This document shows positions 13,541 to 25,565 of a DNA stretch of 64,000 nt, piece by piece (position 1 is the first letter of the stretch; each line of letters starts with the position of its first letter). The stretch lies in assembly GCA_964234715.1 (NCBI GenBank), contig OZ174276.1, one strand, 5' to 3'. Made by a program: the position numbers and the translations under genes. The notes under the pieces are model-generated. The model was not told the origin of the DNA, did no database searches, and saw only the letters and a list, made by a program, of their open reading frames with translations. Source of the DNA: Podarcis melisellensis. Its lineage: Eukaryota.

Positions 13541-13792
13541 CAGGGGTAGGCAACCTAAGGCCCAGGGGCCAGATGCGGCCCAATCACCTTCTCAATCTGG
13601 CTTGCGGACGGTCCAGGAATCCGTGTGTTTTTACATGTGTAGAATGTGTCCTTTTATTTAAAATGCATCTATGGGTTATTTGTGGGGCATAGGAATTCGT
13701 TCATTTTTCCCCTCCAAAATATAATCTGGCCCCCCACATGGTCTGAGGGACGGTGAACAGGCCCATGGCTGAAAAAGGTTGCTGACCTCCTG
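13541..13792. mobile_element. hAT (Charlie-like) MITE
   Basis: TIRs CAGGGGTAGGCAACCT / AGGTTGCTGACCTCCTG with GGCCC subterminal motifs. Imperfect TSD GCCTAATC (13533-13540) / GCCCTAATC (13793-13801). Confidence 0.8.
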
Positions 13793-14230
13793 GCCCTAAT
13801 CTCTGAGTAAATGCTGGCACATAGCTTCAATTGCAATCTCACTTCCAAACAAGTGGGCAGGGCAGATCACTTGCCAGGGGAGCTAGTTGATGGTTACACC
13901 TCCTGGGCTGACACACTTCCTTAATCCCAATGGCAAGGATTTGATCCTCTGTGTTTGCATTTGCTGAAGAGAGGTATGCCCACATCAGTGCTGTTAAGGT
14001 ATTTATTTACCCCTCCAGGGATATCTCTTCTGGTGTGTCTGAGGACTAGTATTGAAATAAAATCAGAAATGAGGGGAAAGTAGATGTTGCTTTCATTAAG
14101 CAGCATCTAAGAGTCCTCTCTGATGTGGTTTTAAGCTCTTCTGATGTGTTAGCCCTCTCAAATGGAAAACAATGGGACTTAAAGTGTGTTTAACTCTGAC
14201 TGGATAGGATCTATCATTATCATGATGAAG

Positions 14231-14338
14231 AATCCAAGAAAAGGTAACCACTTTAAAGTCCTGTTGATTACAGGAGCGTAATCAGAGTTAAACACCTGAT
14301 TAACTCAAAGAGCTTTTAATTTTGAGTAGATCGTGCCC
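14231..14338. repeat. Degraded family B element, with a partial copy at about 14150-14210
   Basis: AATCCAAGAAAAGGTAACCACTTTAAAGTCCTGTTGATT...TTTTGAGTAGATCGTGCCC; upstream AATGGGACTTAAAGTGTGTTTAACTCTGACTGGAT. Confidence 0.55.
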
Positions 14339-16504
14339 GTTTGTATAACTAACTCTACTACTCCCACATTGCACCTATATGATAGCGTACCTAGGGTGGC
14401 ATTAATATAGGGTGCCATATTAATATTTACATAATGTTATGTAAGTATTCATTTTTAAGCTTCCCGTTTAAAAAGGTTGGAGAGATTAATAATGAGGGCT
14501 ATAATATTTCCTCCGGAACACGCCTGGCCCCAATCTTCTGACCGCCCTTTGCTATTCGGTGTCCCTAAAGAAGATGCATTCGTAACAAAGCCTACCCTTT
14601 TTCGAAAATAGACACAGTTTGTACGTGGCAAATGGCGCCTAGTGTCATACACGAGCGAATGACCCTATATAATGGAATTTCATTTTTTAAATGCCCTTCA
14701 CGACGAGATTTGTTATGTTATCTTTTTTGCTTTCTCTTCAGTCTGCGGGGTCTTTCCAAAATACCAGAAGAGCATGGGAATGTTTGCAAAACATTTTTGG
14801 CTGCAGCCGTTGACGGGATGAAAGCCAAGGCAAGGGAAGAGTCAGACAGATAGCTTTGCCGCAGATCCTCCGTGAAGTCCAAGACCAAGGCTTGCTGACC
14901 CCCAAGCGAGGGACCATTTGTCAAGAGGGAAGACATCCCGTGCGCCCGGGAAACCGCGCGAAACAGTATTTCAATTGTCTTATATATGCTTCAAAATAGC
15001 ACCGATTATGAATTCTCAGTAAGTAGATATGTGGCAGTCAGTGCAGAGGCTAAGCTTACCGAAATATAAGATAGATACAGGGATTAGAGAGAGAGACAGA
15101 CAGATGGATAAGACGGACAGACAGAAAGCGGAGGCAGGCCAACCAGTATTCCACATTTGCACATTAGCACGAGACAATGGCGTTTTAATAATTTGAAATA
15201 AAACAAAAATTAATCACTGGCTTGCACTTTTTTTAAAAAAAAAATAATCCACGCTAACATTTCCCTAATTTGGTAACTTGAAGGAAATGTGTCAAATACT
15301 TGTTAGCATTGTTATCCGGATCATAAAAGCTGCCTTCTTACTTGGGAACAAGTTCCATTGGAATAACTATGCATAATGCGACATGCTGCTGCTGTTGGTG
15401 GTGGTTTAGTAAGAAGGAAAAGGACATCCTGTTAAACCGATCCTGAATTTTGGGTGGTAGTTGTGGTGGTGATGCGTGTGGGGCTTACCTGATACTGGCG
15501 AGCAAGCAAAACACATCGTTGGGGTTTTCTTGGGACTAGCATGCATCGCTTCAGATCTATAATATATAATTACTCTTTGCACCATCTTTCTGCGCTGAAC
15601 AATGACTATTATGTGCATATGTTCAGCCCCAGAGGGTAAATTCTCTATTTTCCCCCGATAACACATAAAACATTTGCTCACAACCCTTTCGGTATAGAGA
15701 ACACCTATAGTAAAAAAATACTAATAATGATAAAGATAAAGCATTACTTGTTTTCGGATCAAGCCTATGCGCTTTTGCATATTTCCCATAATTTTGGAAT
15801 AATTTGCACTGTTGAAATACAACTTAACTGGGTGTGTGCCTGTTGTTGGGGTTTCCCCCCCTTATTCTCTTGAAGGCAGAATTATTCCTTGCAATTCAGG
15901 AGATGGGGTTATACTTTCCGCTTCTTAATGAATTCATTTTAAAGCCATAGCTATGAAATACACCCCTATATAAAAAAAGCAGCAGCAGAAGCAGCAAGCA
16001 AGCTGAGGAACAATACGCACTTTTACTGCGAGCAACAATTTGTCCTAGCCACTCACTGGTAATAAATAAGTTTTATCTATTTGGGTGAGTGTTTAAGCAT
16101 CTTTGGAACCAAGCATTCCCTCTTCAAGGTGAACCGATCCACAATTTTCTACACAATTTATGCCTCTATATACAATCCAGGCTTGTTGGACATGATCCAG
16201 AACCCTATTCACTTCTGTGGAGCCCTTAACAGTCCTCATATGACAACCAACGTTCCGTGCACACCTCCAGTAAAAGAGGCAGAAATGATATTTGTGTGGG
16301 TACTTCTTTCGAAGAAATGAGAGTGAAAAAAGAAAAGAGAAACCTTGTGAGTGAAATCTATATCCTTTTGAAGCCAAGGGCAAGTCTCCAATTGATTTTA
16401 ATGGTGGTGAATGACAGCTCTTGAAAGCACGGTGGGGAGTGATTCAGTGAGATGGGCACCCCTAAACAGATGCACTTGAAAGAAAGTCCTACAGAGATAC
16501 ACCA

Positions 16505-16800
16505 AGGTCCTCTGCATCCTTACACAGAAGTAAGCCCCACTTAGTTGAATGCAGGTTACTCCCTAGTAAAGGGTGCATAGAGACGGTATTACTACTGCTT
16601 TTGAGTGTTCTGAGCACTTCAATCGCTACAACAACCTTGTACGGTAGGTCAGTGTTATTAAAGGTGAGCAAGGTGAGGTTGCCATGTTAACAGCGTGCCT
16701 AGCGCCTGCTAGGCTGAAACGCTACACAAATTTAGCTGCGAGTTAATTCCATTGAGCTTAGTGGGGCTTACTTCTGAGTAGGCATGTAGAGAATTGAACT
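16505..16800. repeat. Inverted pair of family A hairpin elements
   Basis: CAGAAGTAAGCCCCACT (16525-16541) and its exact reverse complement AGTGGGGCTTACTTCTG (16760-16776). Confidence 0.75.
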
Positions 16801-19800
16801 CTTAAGGGCCGCAGCGAGGTTTGTACCCTCAGCGAAACTTGCTTCCAGATAAACACCTTAGGCTCGAATTATTGCAAGGAAAAGAACGCACATAGAGTTT
16901 TCTGTGCTAGGGGAATCAAGAGTTACCTGTCCATACCTCGAGGCATCCATAGCCGCCATTATTAGCATTTAAATGAATTTGGGCCGGATTCTTAAGGGGA
17001 ACAGTGTGAATATTAGAGGAATCGGTGAATGTTTAAAGGATCGGGGCCCCGTTGTCTTGCAACTTCCCATAGATCTCCATTACTCTTGATGTATCATAGA
17101 AATAGTTTCCCTTGAAATGCATATTACATCCTAAAAGCTTCTGGGCTCATATCCAGCCCAGGTACTGAACTATATCGAGTTCCAAATGTAGAATGTTCAC
17201 CTACAAAGGCACTATAGCCCTATGAACAAAGAAGCAACGTTTTATATCATTCGTGTCATTAAATTTTAACTCATAGCCCGCTGTTATAATTTCTTCCTGG
17301 ACTTTATGAAGGATTTCCTATTAATTTCGCGGGCGCGCAAACACACACACAGCTCCACCCAGTATTTTAAATGCCTGCGATGGGGTCAGAGCTGAATTCA
17401 ATCGGATGCTGTTGCCGACAAATAAGAGGAGGCTGACCAAACCTTGTATGTTCACCTTTTAAATAATATTATGTACACACAATATACAAATCAATGCATC
17501 CCCCATGATCCGTCTCTGCTACCGAGACGTGTGCGAGTGTCGTTTGGGCACAATTGCACACAACAAGCCAAGCAGCCTCTCTGGCGCGTCAATATTGTGT
17601 ATGTTCAGAAGGGGGCGTCGCGGGTTGGGGGGAGGAGAGAGGCGTTAGCAAAGTGCATCACCAATCTCTAGCAATTGCCTTCGCGCAATCTCTTTCTTTC
17701 CTTAATGCACCTATACCATAAGAACACAGGACCTCTTTGCAAGGAAGTGCCTTCTTCTAATAACAGGACTAAAGAAAGCGGAGAGAATTGACTGGCATAA
17801 GCTCACACCTCTATCCTATCCCCACTTATTAAGAGCCGAAGGAGCAAAGGATTCTACATGGGGATGAGCAGTTCTTGATCCGCTTTTTGGAGATGGTCTC
17901 TCCCTCCTCCTCTTCACAATCCACTTATTGATCTTTTAAAAGGTTTTTGGCGTGCGCGCGCCTGCCGGTGTGTGTATTAATGCATTGCTCCAGCCGCCAC
18001 TAAATTTTATGGTTGAACCGAAGACCTGAAAGGTGGATAAAGTCATTACATGTAAATCTTCCTTTCCAGAGGAAGATTCCACCTCTCTCTCTCCCCCTAT
18101 ACATACATACATACACACACACCCATCCCCTACCACTCATACAACCTACACAATTCATGAAATTTAAATTGACTCTGTGGAATCGCTGCTATAAAGGCAC
18201 CTGGCTGGATATTCAGAAGAGAGAATAAAACACGAAGCCAACGGGAGGAATTAAATATGGGCTTATTGAAGAAGATCGAATCCAAGGCTCGTGAGGGTTT
18301 TTCTGCTTTGTTTGGGAGGTGGGGTATTTGTTTTGTTTTTGTTTATATTGCAAGAGTTGCAGTTTTAAATAAAAGTGTCTCTTAATTTAAAAAACAACAA
18401 CAAAACATCCATGTTATTTTAAATAAATAAATATTTCCCCCCTTTAATCTAGGGGAAGTTTGTCTTGGCCTCAGTTGCTCCTGAAAGGGGACAAAAAGAA
18501 ATAGACTGGTGACACTTCTCTTTCCCAGAGAACAAAATATCAGTAATGATTCCGTTTATAAGCAAGGCCATCAGGAACCCCCCCCCAAAAAACCCCCCTT
18601 ATATTCGCATTAAACGTTAACATCCCAGATTCATTTACTCTCTTATCTTCTTGGATTTTTTTTTTTAATTATAGGTATCATTGTGCTCCGAGGCACCCCT
18701 TACTTTACAACCTATTTTATATATCCACTTAATTATTTTTTTAAGGGAAACATGATCTATATACCTCCAAATGTTTCATTGGCTTATTTCTGTGTGCGCG
18801 CTACTCTTTTACTAAGCTCTCTCGGTCCTCCAACAGTCGATAGTAAATCACCAACCAGAGGTTTGAAACATTTTATTTATTATCAGAAATCACATAATAA
18901 TACATTCAATTTATTATTATTATTATCATTATTATTATCATCATCATTATTGTGAAACAACTTTTTACATGACTATATAAAGCCGGGGGAACGTGCTATG
19001 GACAGACATTTGCATAGGCCCTACATATAATAGCTTGAGGTAAGAAACATTACATATGGACTATATTGCCAACGATGCATATTTAACAACAGCAGGAAAC
19101 TAGACTAGAGAATAACAAGCGAAGGACCGAGCCACAGACACCGGGAACTAACACAAGACGAACAGAATTCACACGGAATAATAATACTTCAATGCAATCT
19201 GAACGAGAATATTGCATATATTTCAACTTCTTCATTTTCAAATTTTAAATTATCACTCCCCCTCCCTTTAAAAAAATCGTTGAAGTGGCAACTGAGAATC
19301 GCCTGCTATGTGCAGTTACACACCAAGGAGACCATTCTCAGGTCTCAAGATTCTTGCTGGTGGGTTGTGTATTGTATTTCTAAGCGTAAAACTCCTTCAC
19401 TGTAGATAGAAATCGCTCTCGGCGCGTAAAATATTAACATCAAGACAGTCTTTCTCTCTGTCTGTCGCCTGCCACAATTGTAACCGAACGCTGCGTTTTA
19501 TAACATTGCCCCGTAAACGCTCAAAACCCTGGTAAGCCAGCCCCGCCAACCCCTTCCAAAACGCAACCTTTTGCCAGCGAGTGACATGTCACATCTTTTC
19601 AAGAGGAAGCGATGGTAGCAAACCAAGTACAATACTGATAAGTCTGATTCCTCGAACATGTTCCTCCTTTACCGCACAGACACAAGTCTTCCCTTCTAAA
19701 TTTATGCAACACACCCCATGACATTTCAGTTGGCTGAAAGTCGTTATTTTGACCGAAAATGCTGCTTCTTTCCTATTAATATTATTGAGAAAACTGAGAC

Positions 19801-21745
19801 AAAATGGATGATGACAGCGCTACCGGCTTAAGCGGTTTCATCGGACTGCTCTGTACAAAGGAGGCAAAGCACAGGCTGGAGACAACGGGAATGGCGTTAG
19901 ACTGAAGCCTACAGTTTTCTGTTCTTCAAGGTACCTTTTTGGAGAAATAGGTAGGCGTCCTCCACATTTAGCCGCCTAAGAACACAGACACCCACATGTG
20001 CTCTGTTCATTGCACATAACTGGGGGGGGGGGAAATATATGGATGTCTCTCACACACGCCCCCCCCCCAATCTATTGCACATAATTGTGACTGGGTACCT
20101 ATTGGATTCAAAGCAACTCACAGGCAGAGGATGCCTCTTCTTTTACAAAGGTTAGAGTTTGTAAAGGGGAGACTTGATATACCAAAAGGGTGATACTGGG
20201 ATGGGGGACCTCTCAAAACTCTGGATATTGGGGTGGGGGCAGGGGGAAGCGGAATAAAGACAAGGAACGATGGCACAGCCATGGCAAGCAGACCTAAATA
20301 TAAGGCTTGCAAGGGTGGAGAATGAGCGGGGCGGGGGACACACAGAGGCATTTTAAGGACTAGACGGCATCCTTTGCAGCTCGTAAAGGCGAAGCATTCC
20401 TGCCACCGGCCATGACCATGAACGCCGGGACGGGGAGCCACGTGGTGACAATTGAGCCTGGCCCAGGAAAACGTTGCCTTTGTCATAAAATTAATCCCCT
20501 CCGATATAAAAACGAATGAAGCAAAGCCTATCGTAGCAAAACTCGCCGCTTAGACCGTCTTGACCCCCCTCACCCTACTTTGCTGTTGTGGCTCATTTGT
20601 CTCATCGTCCAGTTCCCGGCCGCTCCAACCCACCCACCCCCCGCCCCGCGACATTTTTTTTTTTTTAAAGTATGCAATTAGGAAACCAGCAGAACAGAAC
20701 GAGAATAGGTTCCTGGACCCCGATGAAATAAGTACCAGGAATATCAAGGGAACTTATTCCCAAGTCAATCATTTAACGGGCTGACAGGGAGAGAGATTCC
20801 TGTCGGGTTACTTCCACGGTGGAACAACCCTTGTCTGCCGCCTCCCCGCGCGCCTTCCTCCCCGCATTGAGTGGGAATTTAAGGAATGGGAGTTTAAGCA
20901 ATGCCCAAGCCTGTCAGAGCTATTAGGAAATCTAATGGTTGTCTGAGGCAGGAGCTGACCGGCAAGGCAACCCGCTCTGCGGTTCCCCTTCCTGCTCTGG
21001 GACTGTTCTACACCGGGGAAAGTACAAAGGGGAACCGGCGGTGGGGGTGGGAGTTAGACGGATGAATGAATGCGTTGGGCAGAAATTACCGTATATCCCC
21101 CAAAGCAGAATGCGTGCGTTTGTGGTTGTAGTGTGTGTGTGTTTGGGGGGGGGGATAAGGCGACACCCCCCATAAATGTTCAGAGTCATCAGCTGCTGCC
21201 TATGAAAAATCAGGAATGAAAATAAGTGTGTGTGTATGTGTGTGATAGAGAGAACATACACACAGACACACACACACACACGGGAGAGAAAGAGAGAGAG
21301 AATTTTTGATTCTTAAGGGAGAACTGCCGTGATTAAAAATAAAAATCTAACTAAATATGAGGAAGATTAAAAGAGGGGAGGGGTGGTGGAGGTAGAGGAG
21401 AAGCATCTCATTCATTTCGAAAATAGCCACCATTAAAGAAAACGTTTTTAATGCCAGAAGAGAACTCTCTATCTTAGAAGGAGGGAAGCTATTAATAGCT
21501 TAATTAGCTCCAAGGGGCTGCCACTATAGTTAATGTATAAAAGGGGGCATCCCCCCACCGCCCCTCGCCACCATCTTGATCATCAATAAACACAGTAGCA
21601 TAATAAGCGGGACGAAGTCTCCTTCAGTGGAGCTATTATCAAAACACAATTTGAAATTATTGTTAGCGTTCTGTAATGCTTATGGGGTTGTGGAGAGAGT
21701 AGACCCATGCAGGCGGCGCGGCTGGACTAGGAACGCGAGAGGTAC

Positions 21746-21824
21746 CGCGCAATTCTACACAGGTCTACTCTGAAGTAAGCCCCCCTGCTAAACCCCAGCA
21801 TGCCAAGGAGTATAGGGTTGCAGC
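21746..21824. repeat. Family A hairpin element (internally deleted)
   Basis: GCGCAATTCTACACAGGTCTACTCTGAAGTAAGCCCC...GTATAGGGTTGCAGC. Confidence 0.6.
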
Positions 21825-23017
21825 TGTAGCCTCTGAAAAGGTTGCATTTTTATAATACCCTAACATGACAAATCATTCCTCACTTTATGGGGTATTGGAT
21901 TAACTCGAGGTGGGTTTCTCCCCCCCTTTTTTTGGTGTTTTGCAGCCCAATCATAGGCGTTGTTTACTTGAAAGTATTCCCACTAGGTACACTGGCTCTA
22001 GGTACAGTGGGCATCCGCAGAAGCGCGCGTGTGGGCACCGCCTGCCATTGGAAAAGCCTTGGGGGTAGATGTCTACAAAATTCCATCCTCAGCTCGACTT
22101 TCCCCCAGAAGAGCATTCGAGTAAAGCACCAATATATTTCCCACCCGCCAAGCACGGGGGACAGCCAGCTGAACCTCGAAGTTTCAAATATTGGACACTC
22201 CTATTATTATCGAGATAGATACGCTGCAAGCCTCTATCTAGGTACTGAACTTTTTTCCGCCCGGTGTGCCCTGAAAATAAACCCTGGCAAACATAAAACA
22301 CTGGCTCGCCATTCTCCATCAGAATGGTTACGGTTGATTTAAGGTGAATGCCACATCCACTTAAGCTTTTACTCCAGAGAATGAAAAATCCCAACACACT
22401 AAACCGAGATATATATAGGACAGTGACTTTGCTTCCTGGAATGCTCTCTTGCTGAGGACCGGGTTACCGACCAAACAAAGCCAAGGCCAAGGCAATGGAG
22501 ACCCTCCCTCACTCTGCCCCACACAAAACAGGGAACCCTGTTGCTTAGAGGGGAAACCCTACCTGTGAATGCTCGCACACGCGTAATAAGAGCGAGAGTG
22601 TCGGGCTCAAGACTCACATTCAGAACATACTCAACGACACTGACTGACAAATCTTGGTGAACCATACATTAGAAAAGCCACGCTGATTGATGAGGGGGGG
22701 GGTTTCCTTTCTGCGTATTCACATTTTGTTCTTCCCTAACAGGTCCAGAAGTGGAAGAGAAGCATCCCACCCCCTCATACTCTCTCAATCACACACTTAT
22801 AACGTAGACACGCCTGCTGTTGGCTGGCTTTCTTTATCTTTTTTAAGGATACTGACTTTCGTTGGTTTGTTTTGTCTTAAAGGAAAAAATAATAATAATC
22901 TAAACTGGCTATTCAAACCAGATCAGGTAAGAGTCCCGGTACCACCAGTTGCGATGAAGAAGGCCGGAGAGTCTCTGTGGGGTTTTTTTTTTACCCGATA
23001 GCGGACTTGTCTGAACT

Positions 23018-23256
23018 TTAAAAGAAGGAAAGGGCTTGCTCTCTCAGGAGGAGTCTTTTCTTTTTCATACGCCGGTTCTGGAACCAGATCTTCACCTGCT
23101 GGTCACTCAGGTTTAACCGATCTGAAAGCTCCCTCCTTCTTTGGCGAGTAATGAATTCATTGACCATAAACTCCCCTTCCAGCTCCGCTAGCTGTAGTTT
23201 AGAATAGGGTTTTCGCTTTTTCCGGGACCTTGTGTGCATCGGGTACCAGGGAGCAC
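23018..23256 (-). CDS. HOXC12: Homeobox protein Hox-C12, coding exon 2 (homeodomain)
   Basis: Acceptor TTCTTAG|[81 protein letters not shown]. Joined CDS 804 nt = 267 aa; intron 23257-24899. Confidence 0.97.
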
Positions 23257-23624
23257 CTAAGAACAGCGTGATGGAAAGGAGATTTAAACACATGGAGGGG
23301 AAGAGAGATAGAGAAAGAAAGAAACGAAAAGAAAAAGGGGAGCGGGTAACGCTTTAAAAAAGGGAATGCTTCACCCCTCCATTTTTGACCCACACACGGC
23401 TCGTTATTTAATAATATGAGATACGCGTTTCTAATGCCCAATCCAGTAAAGATGCTTTAACTTCGAGAGAAAGGAGGATGGGTGGGAAGAAGACCTTTAC
23501 ATCTGCGTTTTAGATTCCAAGCTCCTGGGCTCCTGTGTCACCACGCATACCACATAAGTCATACATTGCAGGTTTTCGGAACTATTAGGATTTAAGGAGA
23601 GACCTTAAAAAAAAACTAGTTAGG

Positions 23625-23626
<2 letters not shown>

Positions 23627-23700
<74 letters not shown>
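23627..23700. repeat. Compound (CT)n(CA)n microsatellite in the HOXC12 intron
   Basis: Visible directly; a (GA)n tract is also at 24513-24541. Confidence 0.95.
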
Positions 23701-24510
23701 CGCTGGACATTTATAACCGATGGGAACTTTTGCTTATTTATCTTACAGAAAAATAAGCAACCTAAGCTAGCTCTTACAGATCCCGAACAGCCAAAAAGTA
23801 CCAGCACCACCAGCTAGAATGAATGCTAGAGTGTCTCTGTGGTTACCGTGTAAGACCTCAAGGCACCAGATGGGCTGGCATGCCTTAGGTATCCGGTTTA
23901 GGAGATGTCAGATCTGAAGTTTAAGGACGAGGAAGCCTCTGTCTTCAAGAGTCCCAAAGCCAGATTCTGCAGAGGGAATGAAACATCTCCAGCAGCCAGG
24001 GACGCTTCACAGGAGACGAGAACCAACTGGTCCTTGTTCCTGGAAGTGTTTGCTCACCAGAGGATCAGGCACATAACGGGAAGCTTTATGAGAGAGAGTT
24101 TGTTTGGGTTGGGTTTGTTTTTGTTTTTTTTTGTATTTTGGCAAATGGTGTCTCAGCATTGCGTGGAGATATATACTTTTCTTTATAGAACCTTCCCGGT
24201 TTTGTATGGGGATGGGCTGGGATGGCGGGAAGGCGAGAATTGGGTTTTGAAAACCAGGGTGTTTGTTTCTTTTTTTTAATGCAGAGCTTGGCACCATCCT
24301 TAAAATGGGTTTTTACCCAGGGTGGCTAATCTCACCGGGGACAGAAAACCTGTGGAAGTTTAGCCCTCCCAGCCCTGCAGTCAGACTTCTACCAAATCTT
24401 TCAAATACAATCACACACCCTTCTACATTTCATTTCTGTTGCAAAAGCTTCACGCACCCAGTGGCAAATTGTCCTGTATGTAGCGTGCCTGTTCAGATTC
24501 GGGAGGAGGG

Positions 24511-24541
<31 letters not shown>

Positions 24542-24654
24542 GCATGAAAATCTGTCTATCTGGGCCATCGCGATCTCTTTTATGGGATATTTACATGTTT
24601 ATAGGCTTTTCTTTTAAAAGAAGCAGCACCTAATAAAGCACGAGGCATTTGAGT

Positions 24655-24670
24655 GCTACCCCTAGTGGCC
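24655..24670 (-). promoter_or_regulatory. Candidate CTCF site in the HOXC12 intron
   Basis: GGCCACTAGGGGTAGC matches 13/16 of consensus GGCCACCAGGGGGCGC. Confidence 0.45.
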
Positions 24671-24899
24671 TCGGCACAAATAGACATGCTTCAGTCCCAG
24701 CTGCTAATTTCATGGAATTTATAACAGCAAGAGTCGCGAGCAGACTTTTTCAAGCGAGAGAGCGCGCGCGCGCGTAAGAGAGAGAAATAGAGAGAGAGAG
24801 AGAACACAAAATAAGAATAAAATAAAGAAGAGGCATTGCATAAATTCGCTTTTCTTATTCGTATATATATATATATATTTCCTGGTCGCACGTTCTTAC

Positions 24900-25464
24900 C
24901 CCCAGCGGAAAGATTGCTTCCTTGGTTGATAGGGGAAACCATTGTGGACGGCTCGCTGGTGGCGCCCTTATTGCCTTCATTGAGTAAGGAGGAGCTGGAG
25001 TCTGACTCCAAAGACTGACAAGAGGGGGGATCGTGGGGCACCGCCTCGGGAGCCGGATAGTCAAATTTGCCGAAACTGCCGCTCATTCCATTGGGGATCC
25101 CAGATTCGAGAGGCATCAAGGCATTGTCCCTAACCCTCTCTTCCCTTTTGAGGGGAGCGTTCTCCGAGCACGCCTCCCTATAGTAGCACTTGCTCTCTTC
25201 CACTCTAGCTAGGTCGCAGGCTCGGCTGAAGGAAGGGTTAATAGACACGGGGCTGCTGAGATAGGGCTGGGGGTATCCGTTGCAGGGTTCTGAGGATGCC
25301 CAGGGCAGAGAACAGACATTGTCCCTTCTTGGGTAGGAGAGAGACGGCAAGCCGGGCAGCTGTCCTCCGGAGGCTCGGAAATTGGGGAAATAGAAGGTGT
25401 CTCCCGTATGGATGTTCACCAACGGTCCCACAAACCCAGGATTAAGGAGATTATGTTCGCCCAT
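24900..25464 (-). CDS. HOXC12: Homeobox protein Hox-C12, coding exon 1
   Basis: ATG at 25464 (GAAATGG) gives [55 protein letters not shown]..., the HOXC12 N-terminus. Phase-1 donor GGGG|GTAAGA at 24900/24899; exon 565 nt. Confidence 0.97.
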
Positions 25465-25537
25465 TTCCGCGGGCCTGACCAAGAGCTTCTAGTTTATTGC
25501 TATCTGACATTAAACATAGTTAAACCTAAAGGTCCAC

Positions 25538-25565
25538 CCTATTGGTCCGCAGGGGTCACGTGAGC
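25538..25565 (-). promoter_or_regulatory. HOXC12 proximal promoter: E-box plus CCAAT box
   Basis: GTCACGTGA (USF-type) at 25555-25563 and ATTGG at 25541-25545, 80-100 bp upstream of the ATG. Confidence 0.65.

Noticed and set aside
21887-22342. 151-aa plus-strand ORF
   Set aside because: No recognisable homology; probably lies opposite the HOXC12 3'UTR.
24691-24899. C-terminal extension of the HOXC12 exon 1 ORF ([13 protein letters not shown]...) and N-terminal MVRPAE
   Set aside because: Read-through past the GT donor into intronic low-complexity sequence; the extension starts at a non-ATG codon upstream of the conserved MGEH start.
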